DNA of 63,930 nucleotides, counting the filler, from an uncultured bacterium (GTDB lineage: Bacteria; DAOPZR01): assembly GCA_964637655.1 (NCBI GenBank). It is 9 parts of 9 records of this genome, joined end to end, with 100 filler letters (N's around TTAATTAATTAA, not from the genome) between each part and the next. Parts side by side here need not be neighbours in the genome. Positions count along the whole stretch, not along the records: positions 50,321 to 57,219 come from CAZWUZ010000206.1; positions 57,320 to 63,930 come from CAZWUZ010000212.1; 7 more parts are not named here. One strand, given 5' to 3'. This document shows positions 50,665 through 60,825 of this stretch, piece after piece. Both the position numbers and the translations under genes were made by a program. The notes below the pieces were generated by a model. It did no database searches and was not told the DNA's origin. It saw only the letters and a list, made by a program, of their open reading frames with translations. The number at the start of each line of letters is the position of its first letter. The first letter of the stretch is position 1.

Positions 50665-51699
50665 GTGGGTCTCTTCCCTTTCCTCTTTGCCAGCGGATTG
50701 ACGGCATTACGGGCGCAATGGTGCCCTGCGTTCCGCCGGCCGCTTGGGGTCTACATCATCCTGACCAACCGCTGTGACAGCAACTGCCGCTACTGCACGT
50801 ATCCTCCCCCGCAACCGCAAACCCTCGATGCGGAATTCGTCTGCGATTGTATCGATCAATTCGCCGCGCTGGGCACACGCAAGCTGAATCTTTCCGGGGG
50901 AGAACCGCTGCTGGTCGACGGACTCGACCGCATGATCCACCGGGCCAAACAGCGCGGCATGTTCGTCGCACTGACAACCAACGGACAGCAGCTGCCGGAG
51001 CGGCTGGAGGCGGTCCGGAAGGCCGACCTGCTCATGGTCAGTCTTGACGGCGATCCGGCAATCCATGACCGCAACCGGGGGGCAGGAAGCCATGCCCGGG
51101 TGCTGGCCGCGTTCGACGGTCTGGCGCGAGCACGCATTCCCTTCTGGATCAATACCGTGCTGCACCGCGACAACCTGCATGCGTTCGCCTACCTCTTTGC
51201 CGTCGCCCGACACTACCGTACAATCGTCAATATCACTCTGATCCAGCATCAGTCAGTCCCCGCCCCGCTGGGCAATGTGCCCGTCACCACCCGGGTCGAC
51301 ACCCTGCTGCCGGACGCGGCAGAAATGCGCGGCGCGATCCGGGAACTGCTCGCTGCCAGACAGCGGGGGGAACCGCTCGGCACCAGCGTCGCCTATCTCG
51401 AACACCTACTGTCGTGGGCCGATCCCGCGCAGCTGACGTCGCCGTTCCCTGCAACCGTGCCGTGCCTGGCGGGCCGCCTCTACTGCCACCTGCTTTTCGA
51501 CCGCCGCCTCTACGCCTGCGGCATCAATGTGAATCCGGCATTCGGGCAGCCCCTGCAGGACGGTGTGGCCGCGGCGTTTGCCCGGCTGCGCCCGCACCCG
51601 AACTGCCGTTCCTGTCGTGTCGCCTGCGAAGTCGAGAACAGCCTGATTTACAGCCTGCATCCCGGCACGATCGTCAGCTGGCTGCGACGACTTCCCTGA
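50665..51699 (+). CDS. Radical SAM protein with C-terminal Cys-rich (twitch/SPASM-like) region
   Basis: CDSNCRYC, SGGEPLL, TTNG, SLDG, CLAG...CRSC..AC; start inferred from GGAG + GTG. Confidence 0.88.
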   Translation: MGLFPFLFASGLTALRAQWCPAFRRPLGVYIILTNRCDSNCRYCTYPPPQPQTLDAEFVCDCIDQFAALGTRKLNLSGGEPLLVDGLDRMIHRAKQRGMFVALTTNGQQLPERLEAVRKADLLMVSLDGDPAIHDRNRGAGSHARVLAAFDGLARARIPFWINTVLHRDNLHAFAYLFAVARHYRTIVNITLIQHQSVPAPLGNVPVTTRVDTLLPDAAEMRGAIRELLAARQRGEPLGTSVAYLEHLLSWADPAQLTSPFPATVPCLAGRLYCHLLFDRRLYACGINVNPAFGQPLQDGVAAAFARLRPHPNCRSCRVACEVENSLIYSLHPGTIVSWLRRLP

Positions 51700-52493
51700 C
51701 CTGTTTCTGCAGTTCGATAGTGAGATACATCCCGAGCAGACAGTTGCAAGGTGCCAGCAGCCGTTCGCACCACTCAATCCACCCATACGCAGAGAGCGGG
51801 ACCAGCGGTTTCAGCACCGTTCCGCCGCTGACAAGAAACTTGAGGGGCGTATGCGGCTGTACGCGCACAATTCTGAGCAACGGATACCGCTGTTCGAACA
51901 GTCGCCGGTCCCGAACAAAGATGATCCAGGGGATGGCGGCGTTGGCAGAAAGCAGCGGACTGCTGCCATCCGTATCCCACCCCGCCGTCCGGTCATAGTT
52001 CTCATAATGGATAAACCGCCAGATAAAACGTGCCCACAGCGTGCTGGCCGGTTCGAGCAAGACCACTCTGCCGCCCGGTTTGAGCGCACGCGACAATTCA
52101 GCAAAAAGTTGTCTCGTTGCCGGCATGTGATGCAGCGCGTTGAGCATGAATACGGCGTCGAGCGATTCCGTGCGGAACGGCAGGCTCTCCGCCGCCATGC
52201 GCACATCGATACGCGGTACCTGCATAACGTTCGGTGGTGATAACCTGCGGAAGTACGTCCCGGATGCCCCCTCCCCCCGAGCCGAGTTCGACCATGATTT
52301 GGCTACCACCAGTGACCGGCATCGCCTGCTGGAACACTGCATAGAAATCGGCGTACGCGCGCCGCAAGAACGGTTTAGCGGCGATAACCTGCGCCTGCGC
52401 CAGACAGCGGTCAAGGTCGTCGGCGCCCCAATCCGCGCCCGGTTCCGCGACTCCCAAAAGATGCGCCAGGCGTACAAACCACGTTTTACTCAT
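51674..52493 (-). pseudogene. Class I SAM methyltransferase with a single-base frameshift near 52230
   Basis: VELGSGGG in one frame, LPF..ESLD....NALHH in another; deleting one A (GAAC>GAC) restores VITTDVMQVP. Confidence 0.8.
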
Positions 52494-53617
52494 CGCGCCC
52501 CCTGACTGCTGTGCCCGTTTCTTGACGCCGTTGGCCGGAACCGGTTACGCAGCGTCTCCCACACCGTCTCGCCGATCACCCGCCAGTCCCAGTTGATCAT
52601 CGCCGATGTGTTCATCAGCGGCAAGATGTAGCAGGTATCGCACTGCTTCGTCGCCAGATGGGTGAACGCCGAATCGAACCCGTCCCGTTCCCAGTTTTTC
52701 GCCGCAAAGACTCCCTGCATGCCCTGGCAGGGATAGAGCGCCCCATCCTCATCAATCACCAGCTCGTACTGCCCATACTGGCAGTGAATCGGGCGAAAGC
52801 CGGGGAGTGCCGCGGCTTCCGCAGCGGAAAGAAACACGCGGTCATACGGAACTGGCCAGGCAGCGGCATAGCGCAGCACGCGCGAAGTGGTGAAGATCGG
52901 ATACCCGCGCTTTTTGTAGGCGAGCAACTCAGCCAGGTAGGCGCGAATCTCCTCCGTGCTCATGCCCAACGGTTCCCCTTCCTGCTCCTCATTGCCGCGA
53001 AACAGGAAACTGCAGCCCCATTCGAGACGCTGGTCGCGCACCAGTCGTGCCATCTCATGCACATCACCGGCCACATGCCGGTGCACCGTGGAGTTGATGC
53101 GCACCGGCACACCGTAGCGACGGCGTACCTCTCCGATCGAACGCAACACCCGCGCGAACGTTCCCGTCCCGCGCACCCGGTCGTTGCCCTCCGCCATGCC
53201 GTCGAGGGAAAAACAGAGATTGTCCATCAGGTCGAGTTCGGGGATTTCGCCGATGCGCTCCGGTAGCTGGCCATTGCTGGCTAGCGCGGTGACGATGCGC
53301 CGGCCGGCCAGATGGCCGAGCATCCGGCCGAGATCGGGATGCAGCAGCGGCTCCCCTCCCTGGATAAGCACGTAGCGCGTTCCCCGCGCCGCAAGGAGCT
53401 CTGCCAGCGCAAGGAATTTCTCGTAGGGCAGGTCGGGACGCTGGCGCTCGGCATAGCGACCGAAACAATACGCGCAGCGATTGGTGCAGCGGCTGTTGAT
53501 GACCAGGTTGACGTAGAACGGATAGCGGGGCCGGCGGAACGCGCGGATGGCGAGCATGGCCGCGAGGATGCGCCCGCGATCCCACAGGCGTGCCGTTTCC
53601 CTCCGCTGCCCGTTCAT
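52490..53617 (-). CDS. Radical SAM protein
   Basis: CTNRCAYC, GGEPLL, SLDG, CQYG...YPC...CDTC; ATGA overlaps at both ends. Confidence 0.9.
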   Translation of the reverse strand: MNGQRRETARLWDRGRILAAMLAIRAFRRPRYPFYVNLVINSRCTNRCAYCFGRYAERQRPDLPYEKFLALAELLAARGTRYVLIQGGEPLLHPDLGRMLGHLAGRRIVTALASNGQLPERIGEIPELDLMDNLCFSLDGMAEGNDRVRGTGTFARVLRSIGEVRRRYGVPVRINSTVHRHVAGDVHEMARLVRDQRLEWGCSFLFRGNEEQEGEPLGMSTEEIRAYLAELLAYKKRGYPIFTTSRVLRYAAAWPVPYDRVFLSAAEAAALPGFRPIHCQYGQYELVIDEDGALYPCQGMQGVFAAKNWERDGFDSAFTHLATKQCDTCYILPLMNTSAMINWDWRVIGETVWETLRNRFRPTASRNGHSSQGAR

Positions 53618-54681
53618 CGCAGGAGGGAATCGAGTTCCCGGTTCACCGTAAGGTAACAGCCACGGCAGCGGCGGCAGGCACGACGGCGCGCGTCCCACGC
53701 CGGCGAGAACCAGAGATCGCGTACGCTCCCGCCTCCGCTCCGCACATCGTGCCCGTTCCGTTCCGCCAGCATGTCTGCCTTGCACGCGAATGCGCGCAAC
53801 TGCGGGTCAATGAACAGGGTCAGGTACGCGGCCGTGCACCCGTCGGGGGGGGCTCCCCCGGCAAGGCAGGCATCGAGGGCGGCAAGGTAACTGTCGGAAT
53901 TATCGACCAGCCGGCGGCGCGGATGCCGGGCGAGCAGAGCGCCGGGGCGGCACCCATCGGGCCAGCAGCTTATGTGGCAGTTGCCCGGCGCATACTCATG
54001 CTGCGGGCAAAAGATCACCCGTGCCACCCGCAGCCTATGGGCGAGATCAAGCAGCCCGCCAAGCTGCGCGGCGTTCTCGCGGCAGATGACCGCGGAGAGT
54101 GCCAGCTCGGTGGGCGTGTCCGTGCGGTCAAGTCCGGCCTGCAGCTGCTGCAGGTTGGCGAGCGTGGCCGCGAAAGCGCCGGGACAGCCGCGAGAAGCAT
54201 CGTGTACCGGCGCTTCCGCCCCGTCGAGCGATACCATCACTGTCGCCGGCGCCGCCGTGAACAGCTGCTCCAGCTGTTCGCCGAGCAACAACCCGTTGGT
54301 CACCACCATCGTTTCCAGGCCGCAGCGCTTCGCCTCACTGACCAGCGTCCACAGATCGCGCCGCAGCAGCGGTTCGCCACCGGTGAATGCAACCGCTGCG
54401 ACGTTCATTGCCGCCAGTTCGTGCAGCAGCCCGATCGCCTCGGCGGTAGTCATCTCCGGATCCTGCCGGCGCTCCGGCAGCCGGCAGCGCGGACAGTGCT
54501 GGTTGCAGTTCGCCGTGACAAACAGGTGCGCGATCAGCGGCCCGCTCGAAATGCTGCCGTCGTCCCGTCGCCAGTCTCGCCGCAACCGGGCAAGGGAGAC
54601 GAACCGCCGCCAGCACCAGCCGAGATTGCCGGCGCGCAGGCGCCGCCGCGCCGCTGTCAGCAGGCCGCGTCTGAACCTCAT
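53614..54681 (-). CDS. Radical SAM protein
   Basis: CNQHCPRC, TGGEPLLR, TNG, SLDG, CTAA...AC...CRRCRGC. Confidence 0.9.
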   Translation of the reverse strand: MRFRRGLLTAARRRLRAGNLGWCWRRFVSLARLRRDWRRDDGSISSGPLIAHLFVTANCNQHCPRCRLPERRQDPEMTTAEAIGLLHELAAMNVAAVAFTGGEPLLRRDLWTLVSEAKRCGLETMVVTNGLLLGEQLEQLFTAAPATVMVSLDGAEAPVHDASRGCPGAFAATLANLQQLQAGLDRTDTPTELALSAVICRENAAQLGGLLDLAHRLRVARVIFCPQHEYAPGNCHISCWPDGCRPGALLARHPRRRLVDNSDSYLAALDACLAGGAPPDGCTAAYLTLFIDPQLRAFACKADMLAERNGHDVRSGGGSVRDLWFSPAWDARRRACRRCRGCYLTVNRELDSLLR

Positions 54682-55868
54682 CGACCGGGAACCCCGCGCT
54701 CCCGGGCGCATGCGGCCAGCAGCGTTTCCTGTTCGTCGAAGCGGGCCAACACTTCTGCGGGGGAAATCCCGTTCATGCAGGCAGTGCCCTGACGGCAACG
54801 TCCGCGCTTGGCGTTGAACACATCGAGGCACGGGCTGCACGGCAGCCTCCGGCAGAATACGGCATGCCCGGGGCCACTATGCCCGTACAGTTCGGGGGAT
54901 TCCGTGCCGAAAAACGAAAAGGTCGGCACGCCCAGTGAGGCCGCAAAATGCAGCGGCCCGGAGTCGGTGGTGATCACCAGCAGCGCCCGTTCCAGCAGCG
55001 CGAGCAGCGTGGCGAAATCAAGCTTGCCGGCAAGTGCCAGCGTCGTTGCGCCGACGCGAGCTGCCAGCCGGTCGCTCTCCTCCTGCTGGGCGGCCGTGCC
55101 GATCACCGCCAGGCGATACCCGCGTCCTGCAAGGTTGCGGCCAACAGCGGCAAAGTGATCTTCCGGCCAGCGTCGTTCGATCCATGGCGATGTGTCGCTG
55201 ACATTGGGATTGAGCACAATCAGCGGCTGCGCGGCGGCTCCGGCCGCAGCCAGCAGTTCCCGGCACCGCTGCCGGGCGGAATCCGCAACCGCAGGAGCGA
55301 CCAGCACCCGCGACACCGCGTCACCCGTCAGCGGTTGCACGAGATCGAGAAAGATATCGACGATGTGCCGGCCGCGATCAAAACAGCACGGGATATCGGG
55401 AGGCGTGCCGCGATATACCCGGCCGGTATGAAACCCGATGCGGCAGCGGGCACCGGAAAAGCGGCTGACCAGCGCTGTATAGCGTGCGAAGAACTCCGCG
55501 TCAATCACCACGTCGGGCCGACGGGCGTGCGTCCCGGCAATGATCCGTCTGGTATCCGCCGCGAACGCTGCCAAGCTGGTGCGACGAACCGCATGGAGTA
55601 TCACTTCGCCGCAATAGCTGCGGACAATTTCCTCGTTACCGGCAAAAGTCATGAACGACATCCGCGCCTGCGGACAGCAGCGCCGCAGTTCGCGGACGGC
55701 CGGCGCCAGCAGAGAGATGCTTCCCATCCCCATCATCTTGATGAGCAGAATCTCGCGCACCGTCTCCGGCGGGGGCAGGGGCCGGCGCGGGCGCGGCAGC
55801 GCGGCGGCTAATGCGCACAGGGGGGCACCACCATAATTGTCGAGCAGTTGCATGGCCCCGGTGCGCAT
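54678..55868 (-). CDS. GT9 (heptosyltransferase-like) glycosyltransferase
   Basis: IKMMGMG, RRWP..HF, TTDSGPLHFA, CSPC. Confidence 0.88.
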   Translation of the reverse strand: MRTGAMQLLDNYGGAPLCALAAALPRPRRPLPPPETVREILLIKMMGMGSISLLAPAVRELRRCCPQARMSFMTFAGNEEIVRSYCGEVILHAVRRTSLAAFAADTRRIIAGTHARRPDVVIDAEFFARYTALVSRFSGARCRIGFHTGRVYRGTPPDIPCCFDRGRHIVDIFLDLVQPLTGDAVSRVLVAPAVADSARQRCRELLAAAGAAAQPLIVLNPNVSDTSPWIERRWPEDHFAAVGRNLAGRGYRLAVIGTAAQQEESDRLAARVGATTLALAGKLDFATLLALLERALLVITTDSGPLHFAASLGVPTFSFFGTESPELYGHSGPGHAVFCRRLPCSPCLDVFNAKRGRCRQGTACMNGISPAEVLARFDEQETLLAACARERGVPGR

Positions 55869-55949
55869 CCGGCGTTTCTCCTGTCGTTCAGTTTCTCACA
55901 GCGGCATCATAATACATCCGGGGGTGACTGACAAGGAACGCGGGACGCG

Positions 55950-57219
55950 CTATCCAGAAATGGTTCGCTGCCAGCGAAGCCGCAGCAGCAGGAACAACAG
56001 CACCAGCGTCGCCACGCCCGACAGCACCAGGCCCGGCGCCAGCCCCGGCTGCCGGAAGCGGAAAACAACGTTCGCGTGCCCCACCGGCACGGCCACCGCG
56101 CGGAACGCATAATTCGCCCGCAGCAGCGCCGCCGGCTGGTCGTTGACGCGGACTTCCCAGCCGTCTGCCAGCAGGTCAGCCAGCAACAACAGGCCGGGAG
56201 CGTCCGTCACGGTCGCGATGCTCACGCGATCAGGTTCATCCGCGATGATTCGCGCTGTTCCTGTCATCCCCGACGCCGGGGGCAGGGGCGGCGTTTCCGT
56301 CAGCAGGAGCGTGCGCGCCGGATCGAAATCCGGGGCAAGCAACAAAGGCAGCTGCGCCTGCGGTTCCGGCACGACACGGTATTCGGCGAACAGGGAAGCA
56401 CGGGCCAGCGGGGCAGCAACGACAACCACTGTGTCGGGATAGACAATCCAGCGGGTGGCGGTAAGCCGGCAGAATTGCGGCAGCCGTTCTTCCGTCGGTT
56501 CTTCCGGCCCGTTTTCAAGACGGTACGGTGAAGCGGGATAGAACATCAGTGCCGCCATCCCTTCCGGGACGCGATTATCATACCCGGTGCTGGCATACAT
56601 GCCGGTAAGCAAGCCCGTCGCGTTCTGCGTCGCCCGGCTGCGCCCGTAGATGCGGTGCCTGCCGCCTTCCTCACGGTACGTCTCCAGCGCCATCCAGTCT
56701 CCCGCGCCAAGGGAAACAACAGGGGGCGGGGAGAAAAACGGCAGCAGCGCATTGGCATGGATCCGCACGCTGCAGGAGAGGTCGGCGATGACCAGCAGCC
56801 CGATGGCGCCACGCAACCAGGTTCGGCGTGAAGCCGGTTGTCGGGACCAGCGCAGCAGCAGCAGCGAGCTCAGGACAGCGACCGTGCCGCCGATCGCCAG
56901 CGCGTCTCCCGGCAGCGGGATGCCGTTCCGCTGTCGCACCAGGAGCAGGAGCAGCGTCGCCGGCAACAGCAGCAGCAGCGCACCGCCCGCCATGCCGGCT
57001 CCGGCGGCCGGCCGACGCTCCAGTCGGCTGCCGGCACAGGCGCAGAGTGCCGCCCAACACACAGGCATGAACCAGGTGATTCGAGTGAACATCAACGACG
57101 AGCGGTTTCCCAACAGATGCAACAAGCCGGTGACCGGCGTACCGTATGCCGCCAGCAGGATACCCACCAGTGCTCCCGACCAGAACCAGGTTTTCTTCCC
57201 GGGCCCGGGAAGAAAACCT
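55950..57219 (-). CDS. YfhO-family membrane protein (5'-truncated)
   Basis: GLLLLAD...GW...VN......RANYAFRAVAVP.G..V.F.F followed by a terminal TM. Confidence 0.85.
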
Positions 57220-57319
57220 NNNNNNNNNNNNNNNNNNNNNNNNNNNNNNNNNNNNNNNNNNNNTTAATTAATTAANNNNNNNNNNNNNNNNNNNNNNNNN
57301 NNNNNNNNNNNNNNNNNNN

Positions 57320-57832
57320 CCGGATATGATAGCGCGACAGTTCCTTGGCCAGGCTCGTGGTAAATCCGCTCACCGCCGCCTTCGCCGCCGCGTAATGCAC
57401 CGGCACCTCGAGAAGACGATGACCCGCCAGCGAACCGATATTGACGATCGTCCCCTGCTGGCGGTGGATCATCCCGCGCACCGCCGCGCGCGTGGTGAGG
57501 AACATGGTCTTGAGGTTTGCCGCCATCATCAGGTCCCAGTCCGCCTCTTCGATCAGCGCGAACGGCATAACCTGCGTGCGCCCGGCATTGTTCACCAGCG
57601 CCGCCAGCGGCCCGCACTGTTCCTCCGCGGCGGCGACCAGTTGCGCGGCCTGCGTCGCGTCGGTCAGATCGGCCGCCAGCGCCCGCGCGCCTGTTTCCGC
57701 AGCCAGCGCCTCCGCCTTGTCCCGGTTGCGGTGGTAGGAGAATACCACCGTCCATCCGTCCCGCACCAGGCAGCGGACGATCGCGCTCCCGAGCGCGCCG
57801 CTCCCTCCCGTTACCAGCGCTGCCTTACTCAT
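57320..57832 (-). CDS. FabG-like ketoreductase 2 (3'-truncated)
   Basis: TGGSGALG, NNAG, HYAAAK. Confidence 0.88.
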
Positions 57833-58233
57833 GCTGCGCCTCCCTCCGCCTGTATCGTCTTCACCAGGTTGACGAACGTCTCCACCCGGAAGCGGCGCGG
57901 CAGTTCGGCGGTGCCCATGCCGGGCCTGAACTCCTCTGCCGGCACCTCCGGCATCGCCCGCTGCAGTTCCGCCAGCGCCTCCGGCGTGTAGATGCCGCCG
58001 ACCTCGAGCGGCACGGTGCCCAGCGCCGCGCGCGCCTTGCGCTCGATGTTACCCGGCACGATCCGGATCGAGAACCGCCGTTCCAGCTGGAACAGCAGGT
58101 CGAGCAGGTCGAGCGAATCCGCGCCAAGATCGTCGAGGATCCGGTCGCTCAGCTTGATTGTTGACGGCTCCGTGTTGAGCACCCGGCCCACGCATTCACA
58201 GACACCGGCAACGGTCTCTTCATGGCTCAGCAT
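57829..58233 (-). CDS. Acyl carrier protein with large internal insertion (134 aa)
   Basis: DDLGADSLDLLDL.FQLE..F.I.I, then ~50 extra aa before FRVETFVNLV. Confidence 0.85.
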   Translation of the reverse strand: MLSHEETVAGVCECVGRVLNTEPSTIKLSDRILDDLGADSLDLLDLLFQLERRFSIRIVPGNIERKARAALGTVPLEVGGIYTPEALAELQRAMPEVPAEEFRPGMGTAELPRRFRVETFVNLVKTIQAEGGAA

Positions 58234-58844
58234 AGGTATCTCCGGTATGACGCCGGCGCCTTGCGCGCGGGCGGCGTCAGTTCTTCCGCCGGATAGCCGA
58301 CGGTGATCAGGCAAACCAGTTCCTGCCGTTCGTGCAGCCCGAGCAGCGGGCGCAACGCTGCTGCCGCCGCCAGCGGGCCGGTCAGGCAGCAGCTCCCGAG
58401 CCCCGCCGCCGTCGCCGCCAGCATGAGATTCTGCGCCGCCATGGCGGCAGCGGTGCGCTGGCCGGCGACCGCGACGGCATCCTCGCCCAGCAGTTCCTGC
58501 AGGAACAGTTCCGGGCGGCGGCAGGCGACCGCAATAACCGCCGGTGCCGCTGCGAACCAGGCGAAATGTTCCGCGTAGCGCCGCAGTTCCGCCAGGGCGC
58601 CGTCCGCTGCCGCATCCGCCGTCAGTTCCTGCCAGCGCGTGCGCACCGCTTCCGCCATCAGCTGCTTTGTTGCCGCGGCGGTGACGACGACAAATTCCCA
58701 GTTCTGGCGGTTGCTCGCGCTTGGCGCCCAGACCGCGGCCGCCAGCAGTTCGTCGAGCAGCGCCGCCGGCACCGGGTCGGACCGGTAGCGGCGTACCGAG
58801 CGCCGGGCGCGCAGCAGGGCCAGCGCCGCGTCGAGGCCGCTCAC
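58227..58844 (-). CDS. Nitroreductase-family flavoprotein
   Basis: RRSVRRY, APSASNRQNW, AQNLMLAA...GLGSC, VGYP. Confidence 0.92.
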   Translation of the reverse strand: MSGLDAALALLRARRSVRRYRSDPVPAALLDELLAAAVWAPSASNRQNWEFVVVTAAATKQLMAEAVRTRWQELTADAAADGALAELRRYAEHFAWFAAAPAVIAVACRRPELFLQELLGEDAVAVAGQRTAAAMAAQNLMLAATAAGLGSCCLTGPLAAAAALRPLLGLHERQELVCLITVGYPAEELTPPARKAPASYRRYLC

Positions 58845-59587
58845 AGGCCGAGCCCGCCGTCGACGGCAATGACCTGCCCGGTGAGATACGCGGCCTGCTC
58901 GCCGGCGAGAAACACGACCACCGCGGCAACATCATCGGGTGTGCCGAAGCGCTGCACGGCGATCTCCTCGCGCAGCCGCGCGCCGTAATCGGCGCGGATG
59001 CGCGCCGACATCTCCGTCTCGATGATACCCGGCGCCACGCAGTTGACCAGCACCCCCTTGCGGCCGACTTCCTTCGCCAGCACCCGGGTCAGCGCTTCGA
59101 CCCCGGCCTTGCTGGCGGCATAATTGATCTGTCCGCGCCCGCCGTAGCGGGCGGCAATTGACGACAGGTTGATGATCCGTCCCCAGCGGTTGAGCAGCAT
59201 GAATTTCGCCGCCGCCCGGCAGAGCGCGAAAGCGCCGGTCAGGTTGGCGTCGAGCACCGCCGCCCAGTCGTCGTCGGACATGCCCAGCGCCGGCGCCTCG
59301 CAGTTGCGCGCCGCGCAATTGACGAGGATATCGAGCCGTCCGTGCGTGTTGTACAACTGTTCGCATACTGCCGCGCACTGCTGCGGGACAGCGACATCCA
59401 GTGCGACCGCTTCCGCCGCGTTGCCGGCCGCATGCAGTTCGGCAACCAGCGCTTCTGCCCGGTCGCGATGCTGACAGTAGCCGACCGCCACCCGCACGCC
59501 GGCCTGCGCCAGCTGCCGGCATACCGCGCTGCCGATTCCACCGCTGCCGCCGGCGACCAGCGCCACCCGCTGTGTTCCGCTCATCAC
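58841..59587 (-). CDS. fabG: 3-oxoacyl-ACP reductase
   Basis: GGSGGIG, GQINYAASKAG, VAPG.IET.M. Confidence 0.9.
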   Translation of the reverse strand: MMSGTQRVALVAGGSGGIGSAVCRQLAQAGVRVAVGYCQHRDRAEALVAELHAAGNAAEAVALDVAVPQQCAAVCEQLYNTHGRLDILVNCAARNCEAPALGMSDDDWAAVLDANLTGAFALCRAAAKFMLLNRWGRIINLSSIAARYGGRGQINYAASKAGVEALTRVLAKEVGRKGVLVNCVAPGIIETEMSARIRADYGARLREEIAVQRFGTPDDVAAVVVFLAGEQAAYLTGQVIAVDGGLGL

Positions 59588-60825
59588 TGCACCTCACGCC
59601 GCAGCACCAGGGCCGCGTTCTGGCCGCCGAACCCGAACGAATTGCTCAGTGCGTATTCCCCGGGGCAACGGGTGCCGGGTGCCGTCACATGGCAGAGTTC
59701 GCAGCCTGCTCCGACCTGCTGCAGCGACAGGTTGGGGGGCACGATCCCCGTCTGCAGCGTCAAGACAGTCGCTGCCGCTTCGATGGCGCCCGCCGCGCCG
59801 ATCAGATGTCCGGTCATCGCCTTGATCGCGCTGACCGGCACCTGCTGCCAGGTGTCGGCGAACACCGTGCGTATCGCCTGCGCCTCGTTCCGGTCGTTCA
59901 GCGGTGTGCCGGTCCCGTGCGTATTGATATGTCCGACATCCGCCGGCGCGATCCCCGCATCGGTCAGCGCGTTGCGCATGGCGCGCATCGCGCCGTCACC
60001 GGTCGGGTCGGGTGCGCTCAAACTGTGCGCGTCGAGCGATGTTGCGTAGCCGCAGATCTCGGCCAGCACCGTTTTGCCCGCCGCGCGGGCCGCCGCCAGC
60101 GGTTCGAGCACCAGCACAGCCGCGCCTTCACCGAGCACCGTGCCGACCCGCGCCGCGTCAAACGGCCGGCAGGCGCGGGCGCCGTCCTCGTTGCGTGTCG
60201 TCAGCGCTCCCAGCAGCTGGAAGCCGCCCATCCGGAGCGGGTTGAGCATTGAATCGAAGCCGCCGCATACCGCAACCTGCCACTCGCCGCTGCGGATCGC
60301 GCGGAACCCGTGGCCGATCGCCTGGGTTCCGGCCGCGCAGGCCGCGCAGTTGACCAGCGTGCGCCCCGGCCGGCCGTATGCGTCACCCAGCAGACGCACG
60401 GCACTGTCGAGCGGTATCTGCAGCGGCGATCCGTCGCCGTTCAGGCTGCGGCGCGCCACGGCGGCAAAATCCGGCTTGCCGCCGGCAATGATCTTTCCCA
60501 GGTCGAAGATTTCCAGACCGGTGCCGAGATGCAGCAGTGTTTCCGCGGTGAAGCGCTCCTGCCCGGCCTGGACCAGCGCTTCGCCGGCCGCGGCAAAGGC
60601 AAAGCCGATCTTCGGATCGAGCGCCGCCAGCGGCCGCACTGCTTCCGGCAGTTCCGGCAGCTGTTTCACTTCTCCGGCCAGGCGCGCGGCAAAAGTCGAG
60701 GCGTCAAACCGCGTGAGCGGCGCGATGCCGCTTCTTCCGTCGGCGAGCGCCGCCCGGAACGCCGGACCGCCGTTGCCGACGGGCGAGATCACGCCGAGCC
60801 CGGTCACCGCCACGCGCCGGTTCAC
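59584..60825 (-). CDS. fabF: Beta-ketoacyl-ACP synthase (active KS, FabF-like)
   Basis: AACAAG, RPFD, GEGA, HGTGT, K.MTGH, NSFGFGGQN. Confidence 0.9.
   Translation of the reverse strand: MNRRVAVTGLGVISPVGNGGPAFRAALADGRSGIAPLTRFDASTFAARLAGEVKQLPELPEAVRPLAALDPKIGFAFAAAGEALVQAGQERFTAETLLHLGTGLEIFDLGKIIAGGKPDFAAVARRSLNGDGSPLQIPLDSAVRLLGDAYGRPGRTLVNCAACAAGTQAIGHGFRAIRSGEWQVAVCGGFDSMLNPLRMGGFQLLGALTTRNEDGARACRPFDAARVGTVLGEGAAVLVLEPLAAARAAGKTVLAEICGYATSLDAHSLSAPDPTGDGAMRAMRNALTDAGIAPADVGHINTHGTGTPLNDRNEAQAIRTVFADTWQQVPVSAIKAMTGHLIGAAGAIEAAATVLTLQTGIVPPNLSLQQVGAGCELCHVTAPGTRCPGEYALSNSFGFGGQNAALVLRREVQ

Noticed and set aside
7212-57319. Recurrent TTAATTAATTAA motif every ~7 kb
   Set aside because: Artificial six-frame-stop linker inside N runs; not biological, and cross-linker neighbourhoods are meaningless
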